Source: a bacterium (GTDB taxonomy: Bacteria; DRYD01). Taken from it: a stretch of DNA of 64,000 nt. Below, piece by piece: positions 49,298 through 59,409 of this stretch (within the stretch, counting starts at the first letter, position 1; the number at the start of each line of letters is the position of its first letter). The position numbers were made by a program, and so were the translations under genes. The notes under the pieces were generated by a model that was not told the origin of the DNA, did no database searches, and saw nothing but the letters and a program-made list of their open reading frames with translations. The DNA is taken from positions 1 through 64,000 of the forward strand of contig JBCNVB010000026.1 of the NCBI GenBank assembly GCA_039630415.1, given 5' to 3'.

Positions 49298-50383
49298 ATG
49301 CAAGAAAATCCTGTAGATATACTATTGAAGATGATGGTTGAGAAAAATGCTAGTGATTTGCATATAAAAGCTGGTTCTCCACCGATGTTGAGAGTAGATG
49401 GAGATTTGCAACCTGCTATAGATCAGGTGCTCTCTGCAAATGCTGTAAGAAAAATAATCGAGAGTATGTTAACTGAGCAGCAAAAGGCAAGGTTGGTAGC
49501 TGAAAGAGAATTAGACTTTTCTTACTCTATCCCAAACGTGGCCAGATTCAGGTGTAATGCATACTTTGAAAGGAATGGTTGGGCTTTGGCTGTAAGAATT
49601 ATTCCTTCGAAACCATATACGATAGATGAGCTTGGGTTGCCTTCTATTTTCAAGCATTTGGCAATGAGACCGAGAGGATTAGTACTTGTTACAGGTCCTA
49701 CTGGATCAGGTAAGTCTACCACTTTGGCTGCTATGATAGACTATATAAACTCTAATAGAAGATGTCACATAATAACGATAGAGGATCCAATAGAGTTCAT
49801 ACACAAAGATAAACAAGCAATGATATCACAAAGGGAGCTGGGGACTGATACCCATAGTTTTGCCAATGCTTTAAGAGCTGCATTAAGACAAGATCCTGAT
49901 GTTATACTAGTTGGAGAGCTCAGAGATTTCGAAACAACACAAACCGCAATAACTGCTGCTGAAACGGGACACTTAGTTCTGGGGACTTTACACACTACTG
50001 GTTGTGCTAATGCAGTAGATAGAATTATAGATATTTTTCCTCCTCATCAGCAACATCAGGTAAGAATTCAGTTATCGATGGTTCTTGAAGGTGTAGTATT
50101 CCAAAATCTGATTCCCAAAGCTACTGGAGTTGGAAGAGTACTAGCTTTGGAGATAATGGTTGGAACACCCGCTGTAAGACATCTAATAAGAGAAGGTAAA
50201 ACTCATATGCTTCCTAATTTGATTCAATCGGGTGCAGAAGATGGAATGATATCTTTTGATCAAAGTCTCAGGGATCTGTATTTACAAGGATTAATATCCT
50301 ACGATTATGCTATGCTAGCTGCCTTTAATCCAGAAGAACTGGATAGGCTAATACAGTCATCTCCTACATATCGAAAAAGATAG
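49298..50383 (+). CDS. pilT: Type IV pilus retraction ATPase PilT
   Basis: ASDLH, GPTGSGKSTT, TIEDPIE, ALRQDPD, AETGHLV, VRHLIRE. Confidence 0.95.
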   Translation: MQENPVDILLKMMVEKNASDLHIKAGSPPMLRVDGDLQPAIDQVLSANAVRKIIESMLTEQQKARLVAERELDFSYSIPNVARFRCNAYFERNGWALAVRIIPSKPYTIDELGLPSIFKHLAMRPRGLVLVTGPTGSGKSTTLAAMIDYINSNRRCHIITIEDPIEFIHKDKQAMISQRELGTDTHSFANALRAALRQDPDVILVGELRDFETTQTAITAAETGHLVLGTLHTTGCANAVDRIIDIFPPHQQHQVRIQLSMVLEGVVFQNLIPKATGVGRVLALEIMVGTPAVRHLIREGKTHMLPNLIQSGAEDGMISFDQSLRDLYLQGLISYDYAMLAAFNPEELDRLIQSSPTYRKR

Positions 50384-52371
50384 TGTGGGATAAAATATTT
50401 GTTAAACAAATACTAACGAGTAGAAACTTTACTCCTAACGAAATAAACAAATATATTGATCAAGATCAAAACTTATCAATCTCAATTCCTTCCTTTGATA
50501 AACTCTTAGGTATACTAGAAAGAAGTAATTCTATACTCATTGTAGGGGACTATGATGTTGATGGTATAATATCTTCGTGTCTTTTATACTATACCTTGGA
50601 AAGACTTTACAAAAATAAGAGGCAAATCAAAGTTTTTATTCCTAACAGGTTTGTTCATGGTTATGGAATGAATGCAAAGACTTTAAACTTTATTTTGTCT
50701 AATTTTGCAGGTAAGATAGATACTGTTATAACTGTGGATAATGGTATTTCGTCTGTTGAGGAGATAAGGGTGTTAAAGGAAAATGGTTTAAGAGTAATTA
50801 TCATTGATCATCATAAATTTGATAAAACTTTACCCAATGCTGATTTGATTATTCACCCTGGTTTTGGTGATTTAGGGTATAGTTATTTATGTGCTTCTGG
50901 TGTTGCTTTGAAAGTTTGTTTATATTTGGCAAATTGGATTGAAGGTAATCAAGATTTAGAGAAGTTATTTATGTTTCTTGCTGGTATGGCTACTATAGCT
51001 GATGTAGTGCCTTTATTGGAAGACAATAGGGTTATTGTAAAAAGATTATTTAAAATGACAAGAGAGGGATTTGTACCTTATGTAATACACAAACTATTTT
51101 CAAAGGCTTATGGTAAGGATATTTTGCCATATGATATTTTTCATTTTTCGTACATAATCATACCGCGTTTGAATTCACCAGGCAGGATAGATAACCCTTA
51201 TCTTTCTTTCAAATTGATCTACAAATCTTTAAGTAACCAATGCGTAATGGTTGAAAAGGATATAGAAGCTATAGAAGCCATAAACAGAAAGAGGCAAAAA
51301 ATACAAGGGGATGTTTTTGATTTGGTTATAGATGACATAGAGAAGAACAAATCTTATCAAGACAATATAATTATACCTAAGTACATAGAGGAAAAAACGG
51401 GTTTGGAATTAGGTGTTATAGGGATAGTTGCTGGAAAAGTTTGTCAAATATATAAAAAGCCAACTTTTATATTCGTAAGAACCAATGGTAATCTTCTTAA
51501 GGGTTCTGTTAGAAATCCAATAGAAGAAGTTGATATAACCGAGATAATATCTAACTACAAGGATATAGTTCTTAAGTTTGGTGGTCATAGGAAAGCGGCT
51601 GGAGTAGAGATAAAACTTGAGGATTTCCAAAAATTCAGGCAAATGTTATCTAGTACTCCTCTTAAAAAATATCGTTATAATGTGGATTTAAGTTTAACTC
51701 CATTTTTCTGGAATAAGTTTGTAAAATACATAGATGATATAGTGAAATTAATGGAGCCGTTTGGAGAGAAAAATGAAAAACCAATAATAAGGCTTTCCAA
51801 TTTAGATTTGCAACAAATAGAATATTTATCTAAGCTATCAAAAGATGTATTTGTTAATGGTTTACCTTTGATACAGACTCTGCAAGAAAATTATTCTGAT
51901 ACTATCTATCTGAAATTTACGAGAAATACCTCCAAAGGAATACATTTTGAGAGTTTGAGTTTTAGGGAATCTGATAGTAGAGATTATCATTATCGTGCTA
52001 TAGGTGAAGCATATCTAGATTTTTTTACTAGGGGTGTTCATTTTGTAACTGCAAGTATGAAAAGTCTTTCTTCGTTAGAATTACTGTTAAACTCTTATCG
52101 TGATTATGTTTTAGTTGCGAATTATGAAAGGTATTGTAAAATAAAACAACTAGTTAAGGTTAAGCATTTTGCACTCCATATCCCTGATTTGAAACTACTA
52201 GCTGAATACGTACTAAATGCAAAAGAAGATTATTTTATAACCAACTCTAACTTTTTCAGAGGAGTTTTGGTGTTTTGTTTTGATTTTTATAGCTATTTTA
52301 ACGGTCAAGTTTACGATGATAATTTACAGAGAAAAGGGATAATTTTTGTCAAAATTGAAGATTTATTATAG
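50383..52371 (+). CDS. recJ: ssDNA exonuclease RecJ (DHH/DHHA1) with C-terminal extension
   Basis: GDYDVDG, PNRFVHGYG, TVDNG, IDHH, TIADVVPL, PRLNSPGR, GGHRKAAG, EPFG. Confidence 0.9.
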   Translation: MWDKIFVKQILTSRNFTPNEINKYIDQDQNLSISIPSFDKLLGILERSNSILIVGDYDVDGIISSCLLYYTLERLYKNKRQIKVFIPNRFVHGYGMNAKTLNFILSNFAGKIDTVITVDNGISSVEEIRVLKENGLRVIIIDHHKFDKTLPNADLIIHPGFGDLGYSYLCASGVALKVCLYLANWIEGNQDLEKLFMFLAGMATIADVVPLLEDNRVIVKRLFKMTREGFVPYVIHKLFSKAYGKDILPYDIFHFSYIIIPRLNSPGRIDNPYLSFKLIYKSLSNQCVMVEKDIEAIEAINRKRQKIQGDVFDLVIDDIEKNKSYQDNIIIPKYIEEKTGLELGVIGIVAGKVCQIYKKPTFIFVRTNGNLLKGSVRNPIEEVDITEIISNYKDIVLKFGGHRKAAGVEIKLEDFQKFRQMLSSTPLKKYRYNVDLSLTPFFWNKFVKYIDDIVKLMEPFGEKNEKPIIRLSNLDLQQIEYLSKLSKDVFVNGLPLIQTLQENYSDTIYLKFTRNTSKGIHFESLSFRESDSRDYHYRAIGEAYLDFFTRGVHFVTASMKSLSSLELLLNSYRDYVLVANYERYCKIKQLVKVKHFALHIPDLKLLAEYVLNAKEDYFITNSNFFRGVLVFCFDFYSYFNGQVYDDNLQRKGIIFVKIEDLL

Positions 52372-53118
52372 ATGAATAGGATAAGGGTTTTGATTAGTGC
52401 TCTTGGGTTTTCTATAGGTTTTGGTTTTATGTTTTTAGCTATTTCTGTTCCATTTTTGGGATTATCTATGGTACAGGGTATAAAGAAGGTTTTACCTGTG
52501 GTGGGTGGGTTGATTCTTATATTGGTAGGATTATTTTTGCTAGGTTTTTTTAGGATACCTGCACTTGCAAAATACTATAGAATTTTCAATTACGGTTTCA
52601 AGTTTGGAAATAGTCTGTGGTCTGTGTTTACAGGTTCTTTGTTAGTAGGGTTGAGTTTTGCCAGTGGATGGGCACCATGTGTAGGGCCTGTTATGCTTGG
52701 TATTTTATCATTAATATCTAATCAGCAAGAGTTTTTTATGGGGATTATTATGCTCTTATTCACTACTTTAGGTCTTATTAGCTCATTTATGTTGGTTTCT
52801 GTAGGGATTATAATGTTTGGTAACATTGTCAGTAAGATACATAAGTTTTCCATAGTCATTGAAAAATTTTTAGGCTTGGTTTTTATTGTCATTGGATTAG
52901 GTTTATTATTTTCTGGTGTTGATTGGGTTTTTGTTTTACCGATTGGTGTTGATTGGTTACAAGGTTTGACTTATCAGCTTAGTACGTTTTCCATTTTTAG
53001 CTTGTTAGTTTCTTATATTGCTGGTATATTTTTGTTTATTTCTCCATGTACATTGCCGGTGGTTATTCCTTATTTGTTTTTTTTGACGGGAGTAGGTATT
53101 GAAGGGCATGATAGATAA
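52372..53118 (+). CDS. ccdA: CcdA/DsbD-beta thiol-disulfide membrane transporter, circularly permuted
   Basis: GWAPCVGP (52669-52680) precedes AGIFLFISPCTLP (about 53041); 6 TM helices. Confidence 0.85.
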   Translation: MNRIRVLISALGFSIGFGFMFLAISVPFLGLSMVQGIKKVLPVVGGLILILVGLFLLGFFRIPALAKYYRIFNYGFKFGNSLWSVFTGSLLVGLSFASGWAPCVGPVMLGILSLISNQQEFFMGIIMLLFTTLGLISSFMLVSVGIIMFGNIVSKIHKFSIVIEKFLGLVFIVIGLGLLFSGVDWVFVLPIGVDWLQGLTYQLSTFSIFSLLVSYIAGIFLFISPCTLPVVIPYLFFLTGVGIEGHDR

Positions 53119-54883
53119 GATAAGAAATTTTTCGATAATAGCGCATATAGATCATGGTAAATCAACTTTAGCTGATAGATTTTTGGAAATAACTGGAACG
53201 GTTAACAAAGATAAGCTTCAAGAGCAATTTTTAGATCAGATGGATTTAGAGAGGGAGAAAGGAATAACGATAAAGTCGCATCCTGTTAGGATGAATTATA
53301 ATGGGTATATTTTGAACTTGATAGATACGCCTGGGCATGTAGATTTTTCATATGAGGTTTCGAGGGCTTTGAGATCTTGTGAAGGAGTAATACTGCTTAT
53401 AGATGTTACGCAGGGAGTACAAGCTCAGACGTTAGCTAACTATCTACAGGCTATTAACTTGGGATTAAAAGTAATACCTGTTTTTAACAAAGTTGATTTA
53501 CAAGGTTATAACGTTGAAATACTCAAAAAGCAAGTAGAAGATATTTTGCTTATTCCTTTTGAAGATTTTCATATGGTTAGTGCTAAAACGGGCTATAATG
53601 TTCAAAGTTTATTAGATAGGATTATATTGGATATTCCTTGTCCAGTTGGTAGTATTGATAAACCTTTAAAAGCTATAATCTTTGATGCTGTGTATAATTC
53701 ATATAAAGGAGTTATTGTTTATGTTAGAGTTTTTGATGGGAAGATAAGGAAGGGTGATAAGATAAGGTTTTATTCTACTGGTAAGATTTTTGAGGTAGAG
53801 GAGGTAGGGGTTTTTGCACCTTTCTACACGCCTAAGGAATGCTTGTTTGCTGGTGAGGTAGGTTACTTGTGTGCAGGTATAAAGAATTTAGAGGATACGA
53901 AAGTAGGGGACACGGTGTGTTATTCTGATTCGAACATAGAACCTGTTGGTGGATTTAGGGAACCAAAGCCAATGGTATTTTGTGGGCTTTATCCTGCGGA
54001 TGGGGATGATTACTCTCGATTGGAAGATGCTATAATGAAACTGAAGCTAAATGATTCTGCCCTTTTTTTTGAAAGAGAAACTTCAGTAGCTTTGGGGTAC
54101 GGATTTAGGTGTGGGTTTCTAGGATTACTTCATATGCAAATAGTTCAGGAAAGGCTTGAAAGACATTTTGGAATAAACGTAATATCCACTACTCCTAATG
54201 TAAAGTATAAAGTAGAGTACAGTGGTATTCAGAAGGAGATAGAATCACCTGCCTTATGGCCAGAGAATGTTAAAATCGACAGAGTTCTTGAACCATATAT
54301 AAAGGGTAAAATAATAACTCCTCATGAATATTTATCGGATGTATTAAAATTGGTTCAGGATAAGAGAGGGCAAGTAGTACATATGGAAAAGGCTGGTAAT
54401 TTGTTGATTGTCGATGTCGAAGCTCCATTGTCAGAAATAATAGTTGATTTTTTTGATAAACTAAAATCATACACTAAAGGATTTGCTAGTTTTGATTATG
54501 AGTTTTTGGATTATAGGGAGTCAGATTTAGTTAAGGTGGATATTTTGGTGCATGGGATTAAGGTAGATGCGCTATCATTTATAACACATAGACATAAGGC
54601 TTATTATTCTTCTAGAAAGATAGTGCAGAAATTAAGGGAAAGTATAGGTAGGCAGTTGTTTGAGTTTAAGATTCAGGCTTCTATTGGGGGAAGAGTTATA
54701 GCAAGTGAGTCGGTTAAACCTATCAGAAAAGATGTACTTGCTAAGTGTTATGGAGGAGATGTAACTAGGAAAAAAAAGTTGCTTGAGAAGCAGAAGGAAG
54801 GTAAAAAAAGGATGAAAACGATAGGGAAGGTTACTATTCCTCAAGAAGCTTTCTGGCAAATACTCAGTATTAATGAAGAATGA
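53108..54883 (+). CDS. lepA: Elongation factor 4 (LepA)
   Basis: IRNFSIIAHIDHGKSTLADR, GFRCGFLGLLHM, KCYGGDVTRKKKLL. Confidence 0.98.
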   Translation: MIDKIRNFSIIAHIDHGKSTLADRFLEITGTVNKDKLQEQFLDQMDLEREKGITIKSHPVRMNYNGYILNLIDTPGHVDFSYEVSRALRSCEGVILLIDVTQGVQAQTLANYLQAINLGLKVIPVFNKVDLQGYNVEILKKQVEDILLIPFEDFHMVSAKTGYNVQSLLDRIILDIPCPVGSIDKPLKAIIFDAVYNSYKGVIVYVRVFDGKIRKGDKIRFYSTGKIFEVEEVGVFAPFYTPKECLFAGEVGYLCAGIKNLEDTKVGDTVCYSDSNIEPVGGFREPKPMVFCGLYPADGDDYSRLEDAIMKLKLNDSALFFERETSVALGYGFRCGFLGLLHMQIVQERLERHFGINVISTTPNVKYKVEYSGIQKEIESPALWPENVKIDRVLEPYIKGKIITPHEYLSDVLKLVQDKRGQVVHMEKAGNLLIVDVEAPLSEIIVDFFDKLKSYTKGFASFDYEFLDYRESDLVKVDILVHGIKVDALSFITHRHKAYYSSRKIVQKLRESIGRQLFEFKIQASIGGRVIASESVKPIRKDVLAKCYGGDVTRKKKLLEKQKEGKKRMKTIGKVTIPQEAFWQILSINEE

Positions 54884-55569
54884 TGATATATAAAGTTTTT
54901 GCTTTTTGTTGTTTAATAATTAGTTTTATGATTTCGATTGTTTTGTGGAACTTAAATTACTTAGGTTTGAAGTCGCAGTATGAGCAGGATATGAAATTTT
55001 ATGATATTTTGGTTACTAGCCTGGGTAATGTAAGATACACATTAGCTGCGTATTTATGGATAAGAACTGAGTTTTACATTCATTACTCAGGTCATATAGC
55101 TATAAATCAGCTTCCGGAGATAGTTTACTACACTAGGTTTATAACAATATTAGATCCCAATTTTGTTGAAGCTTACGATTTTGGGACTTATCAGCTAGCT
55201 TTTTTCCTTGACAAACCACGAGAAGGATTAGATTTCTTAAAAGAGGGAATAAAAAATAATCCTGACTATTGGAAATTGTATTATACCGCAGGTTTGATAT
55301 ACTCTCAAAAGTTTAGAGATTATAAGAAAGCTATGGATAATTTTCTAAAGGCGGAGGAACTGATCTTTTCTCCTATTACTCAGAAAAAATACTCAGATTA
55401 CAAGATAGATCCGATGGAGTATGGACGTTTATATAGATTTATATCGAAGTGTTTTTATGAGCAAAGGGAATACAGTAAAGCTCTTGAATATTATAATAAA
55501 AGCCTAAACTACATTAATGTAAAAAGCAATCTTTACTATGAAATATTACGACAGCTATATGGGAGGTAA
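54880..55569 (+). CDS. Membrane-anchored TPR protein (PilG/XapA-like)
   Basis: N-terminal TM, ITILDPNFVEAY, EGIKNNPDYWKLY, TPR-like helices. Confidence 0.65.
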   Translation: MMIYKVFAFCCLIISFMISIVLWNLNYLGLKSQYEQDMKFYDILVTSLGNVRYTLAAYLWIRTEFYIHYSGHIAINQLPEIVYYTRFITILDPNFVEAYDFGTYQLAFFLDKPREGLDFLKEGIKNNPDYWKLYYTAGLIYSQKFRDYKKAMDNFLKAEELIFSPITQKKYSDYKIDPMEYGRLYRFISKCFYEQREYSKALEYYNKSLNYINVKSNLYYEILRQLYGR

Positions 55570-55571
55570 AA

Positions 55572-56291
55572 ATGGATTTATTTGTTAAGTTTTTCAAGGA
55601 TTTGCTAAATTACCTTAATGGGTACACGAATGACTATGGGTGGGCGTTGATATTATTGGGTGTTGTAACAAAAATTATAATACTACCATTGTATGTAAAG
55701 CAAACTAAAATTATGTATGAAATGCAGGTTAAGATGAAGGCTATCCAGCCGTATTTATTAAATTTGCAAAAGAAGTATGAAAAGGATCCCAAGACGTTAG
55801 TTGAAAAACAAATGCAGTTATATAGAACATTGGGGTTCAATCCTTTTCATGGATGTTTTACTTCGCTTTTGTTGAGTTTTATTCAGATTCCAATTCTTTT
55901 TGCAGTTTTTTTTGCTGTAAAGGATGAGATTCAAATATTACAGAATACATCATTTTTATGGATAAAGTCGTTGGCAAAACCTGATTTTTTGCTTTTTGGA
56001 TTATATGTTTTGTCGATGTATTTAAGTTTTAAAATTACGCCATCTAGTTATAGTAATCCTGAGGAGAAAAAAAGTGCAGAAACTATGCAACTTATAATGT
56101 TATCCCTTTTTGCTATTATTTTTTATGGTTTTCCATCTGCTTTTATCCTGTATTGGTTTTCTTTTAACGTAGTGGGTATTATATCTGGGTGGTTAATATA
56201 TAGGCTAATTAAGGTAGAAGAGGTAGATAAGCAAAAACTGAAGGAATTTGAGGAAGAATCTTCAGAAAAACAGTTGGAGAAGGTCACTTAA
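55572..56291 (+). CDS. yidC: Membrane protein insertase YidC (short form)
   Basis: YGWALI, IILPL, IQP, MQLYR, GFNPFHGC, QIPI, FLWI, LYW; upstream of jag. Confidence 0.9.
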   Translation: MDLFVKFFKDLLNYLNGYTNDYGWALILLGVVTKIIILPLYVKQTKIMYEMQVKMKAIQPYLLNLQKKYEKDPKTLVEKQMQLYRTLGFNPFHGCFTSLLLSFIQIPILFAVFFAVKDEIQILQNTSFLWIKSLAKPDFLLFGLYVLSMYLSFKITPSSYSNPEEKKSAETMQLIMLSLFAIIFYGFPSAFILYWFSFNVVGIISGWLIYRLIKVEEVDKQKLKEFEEESSEKQLEKVT

Positions 56292-56343
56292 TAAGCCCTA
56301 ATTAAAAGACCATTATAGCTACTAATATTTGGGGAGGTAAGTT

Positions 56344-57087
56344 ATGCAGGAATTTGGTGGAAAAACGTATGAAGAAGCTATTAAAAAGGCAGTGGATTAC
56401 TTTAAACTTCCTGAAAGTGAATTAATCATAGAAAAAATATCGGATAATCCCAAAAGTGTACTTGATATATTGAGGGAGAAACAGACGGGTCAGGTATATA
56501 TAAGGGTGAGGCCAAAGGAATTAGGCGAGCATGAAAAACATGAAATAGAGTATTTTGAATCATACAAGTCTGAAGTGAAGTCTGAGCCTGATAAGGAAAC
56601 GTTGGTTCCTGATTATGTTCAGAAGTCTTTAGAAGTTATTCGTAAAATTGCTGAGCTTTTGGAAGCTGAAGTTCAAATTACCTTTGAAAATAGATCTGGT
56701 GAGTATATAATTCGTATAGATGGTAAGGATAAGGGCATGTTAATAGGAAAGCATGGGAATACTCTTAACTCTATACAAAATTACATAAATTTTATCATAA
56801 ACAGGAATCTTTCAAAGGATCAGAGGAGATATGTAATAGTGGATAGTGATAATTATAGAGAAAGAAGAAGGAAACATTTAATTGATCTGGCTTTAAAGAC
56901 GGCTAAAATTGTTCAACAGAAGAAAGAGCCTGTCACTTTACCTCCTATGTTAGCTTTTGAAAGGAAGATAATTCATTTAGCTTTAAAGGATAATCAGTAT
57001 GTTACCACGTATTCTGTTGGGGAGAATCCTTATAAGTCAGTTGTCATTGCTCCATTATTAGATAGTTCAGAGAATACTTTTGCATAG
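56344..57087 (+). CDS. jag: Jag/EloR/KhpB RNA-binding protein
   Basis: GKTYEEAI, KH LIGKHGNTLNSIQ, R3H ERKIIH. Confidence 0.93.
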   Translation: MQEFGGKTYEEAIKKAVDYFKLPESELIIEKISDNPKSVLDILREKQTGQVYIRVRPKELGEHEKHEIEYFESYKSEVKSEPDKETLVPDYVQKSLEVIRKIAELLEAEVQITFENRSGEYIIRIDGKDKGMLIGKHGNTLNSIQNYINFIINRNLSKDQRRYVIVDSDNYRERRRKHLIDLALKTAKIVQQKKEPVTLPPMLAFERKIIHLALKDNQYVTTYSVGENPYKSVVIAPLLDSSENTFA

Positions 57088-57112
57088 TGTGCATAGAAAT
57101 TACTTATAGTGT

Positions 57113-58477
57113 ATGAAAAAAAAATCGACTGAGTATATATGTGTGGAGTGTGGTTATATTTCAAGAACATGGTTAGGAAGATGTCCCAATTGTCAGAATT
57201 GGGATAGTTTTGTTCTTAATTATCCGCAAAATCAATCTGGATTGAATGATAAAATAGATCTTGATTTAAAAGATCTTAAACCATTGAAAATAAGTGACAT
57301 AAGTGGTTCATCATTACAATTGATAAACACTGGTTTTAATGAGTTGAATAGGTGTTTAGGTGGTGGGATTTATTCAAATACGATAGTTTTGTTAGCTGGT
57401 AATCCGGGTATTGGTAAGTCAACGCTTTGTTTGCAAGTGGCTCGTAATATTTCTTTGTCTAATAGGGTTTTGTATGTTTGTGCGGAGGAAAACTATGCTA
57501 ATATAAAAGCTAGATTTGATAGAATATTTAGTAGTTATCCGGAGAATTTATTTTTATTTGATTCAAGTAATATTTCGTACATTTTGCAAGTAGCTAAAGA
57601 TTTTGATGTTATTTTTATTGATTCTATTCAAGCTATAAGATCTATGGATTTGGGGAGTCCAGTGGGTTCAATATCTCAGGTTAAAAATTGCATAGATAAG
57701 ATAATTGAATTTTGTAAAGAATACAGGAAAACATTTATTATTCTTGCACATGTAACTAAGACGGGATATGTTGCAGGTCCTAAATTTTTAGAACATATGG
57801 TTGATGTAGTTTTACTTTTTGATAGTCGGGATGAATATAGGGTTATAAGGGTTTTGAAAAACAGGTATGGTAGTACTGACGAAGTTGGGGTTTTTACGAT
57901 GACTGAACAGGGTATAAAAGAAGGGGAGTATTTTCATTTTGAGAATATCGGCAAAAAACCGGGGTCTATTCTATGTTTTCTCCCTGAAGGAAGTAGATTT
58001 ATTCCAGTAGAGATACAGACTTTGGTTAATCGCTCATATTCTGATAAACCTCGCAGGATCATTTGGGGAATTGATAATATCAAGGTAATGGTTATAACAT
58101 CAATTATTGAGAAGTTTCTAAGGTTTAATTTGTACAAGTATGATATTATCATGTCGATAATTGGAGCTTTGAGAGTATTTTCAAATGCTTTGGATTTTTC
58201 TATTGCTGTATCTATTATCTCTTCATATTTAGCTTATCCGGTTGATAAATCTATTTTTATTGGTAACCTTAGTTTATATTCGGATATACATCCAATTTCT
58301 AGGGGTAGATTTAGGGTTTGTTTGCTAGAAGCTGCTAAATTTGGAATTAATAAAGTTTATTCAAGCTATACTGCTGAAAATGTTCACAAGGATAATCCAG
58401 ATTTGGAAGATTTTTTAAGAGAGATTGAATTTATTAAGGTTGATAGTTTAGAAGATTTGGTTAGGATGTGGGGTTAG
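57113..58477 (+). CDS. radA: DNA repair protein RadA/Sms
   Basis: CVECG..CPNC, GNPGIGKST, IDSIQ, AGPKFLEHMVD, KNRYG. Confidence 0.95.
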   Translation: MKKKSTEYICVECGYISRTWLGRCPNCQNWDSFVLNYPQNQSGLNDKIDLDLKDLKPLKISDISGSSLQLINTGFNELNRCLGGGIYSNTIVLLAGNPGIGKSTLCLQVARNISLSNRVLYVCAEENYANIKARFDRIFSSYPENLFLFDSSNISYILQVAKDFDVIFIDSIQAIRSMDLGSPVGSISQVKNCIDKIIEFCKEYRKTFIILAHVTKTGYVAGPKFLEHMVDVVLLFDSRDEYRVIRVLKNRYGSTDEVGVFTMTEQGIKEGEYFHFENIGKKPGSILCFLPEGSRFIPVEIQTLVNRSYSDKPRRIIWGIDNIKVMVITSIIEKFLRFNLYKYDIIMSIIGALRVFSNALDFSIAVSIISSYLAYPVDKSIFIGNLSLYSDIHPISRGRFRVCLLEAAKFGINKVYSSYTAENVHKDNPDLEDFLREIEFIKVDSLEDLVRMWG

Positions 58478-58509
58478 AATGAGTTTTTATGAATGTGAGG
58501 TGATGAGGG

Positions 58510-59409
58510 ATGAAGTTTCTCAGGGATTTATATAGTCCTGTTGATTCGAGAATGATAAATGAGAGAGTTGAGGTTTTATCAAAGAGGAGTATAAAAAGAG
58601 AGAGTAAGATTTGGGTTTTGAAGTTTATAATTTCTTGTTTGGACTTAACCACGTTAGAGGGTAAAGATACTAGTGGTAAGTTGAGAGATTTGATAGCGAA
58701 AGCTATTAATCCTATGGAGGGTGTTCCGAGTGTAGCTGCTATATGTGTTTACCCTAGTTTAGTTAGAGAGGCTAAAGAGATAATTAGTAGGTTTGGGGGG
58801 AATGTGAAGGTTGCTACCGTTTCTACGTATTTTCCAAGTGGGCAAGTTGATTGGCAGGTAAAGCAGGAGGATTTATTGATAGGTCTTAGGGAGGGTGCAG
58901 ATGAGGTAGATATTGTTATAAATCGTAAGGCTTTTCTAGAAGGTAAGTATCATGTTGTATATGATGAAATTGCTAGGGCAAAGGAGTTATGTTCAAAATA
59001 TAATGCCTGTTTGAAGGTTATTCTTGAAACTGGTGAGTTGCCTACTTATGAGCATATAAGATTAGCTAGCTTACTAGCTATGTTTGCTGGTGCCGATTTT
59101 ATAAAAACTTCTACTGGAAAAATATCACCTGCTGCAACTCCACAGGCTTTTCTTGTTATGCTATATGCAATCAGAGATTTTTACTATCTTACGGGTAAGA
59201 AAGTTGGAATAAAGCCTGCTGGAGGGATAAGATATTCTAAAAATGCTATAACCTACACTGTTATTCTCAATGAGACTTTAGGTGATTTATTCCTATCTCC
59301 TGAATACTATAGAATAGGAGCAAGCACGTTAATAAATGATTTACTAATGCAGTACAAGAAAGAGATTGAAGGTTACTATCAAGCAGATGAGTATTTCTCG
59401 CTATCTTAA
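58510..59409 (+). CDS. deoC: Deoxyribose-phosphate aldolase
   Basis: DLTTLEG, GADEVDIV, LKVILETGEL, DFIKTSTGK, KPAGGIR, RIGAS. Confidence 0.95.
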   Translation: MKFLRDLYSPVDSRMINERVEVLSKRSIKRESKIWVLKFIISCLDLTTLEGKDTSGKLRDLIAKAINPMEGVPSVAAICVYPSLVREAKEIISRFGGNVKVATVSTYFPSGQVDWQVKQEDLLIGLREGADEVDIVINRKAFLEGKYHVVYDEIARAKELCSKYNACLKVILETGELPTYEHIRLASLLAMFAGADFIKTSTGKISPAATPQAFLVMLYAIRDFYYLTGKKVGIKPAGGIRYSKNAITYTVILNETLGDLFLSPEYYRIGASTLINDLLMQYKKEIEGYYQADEYFSLS

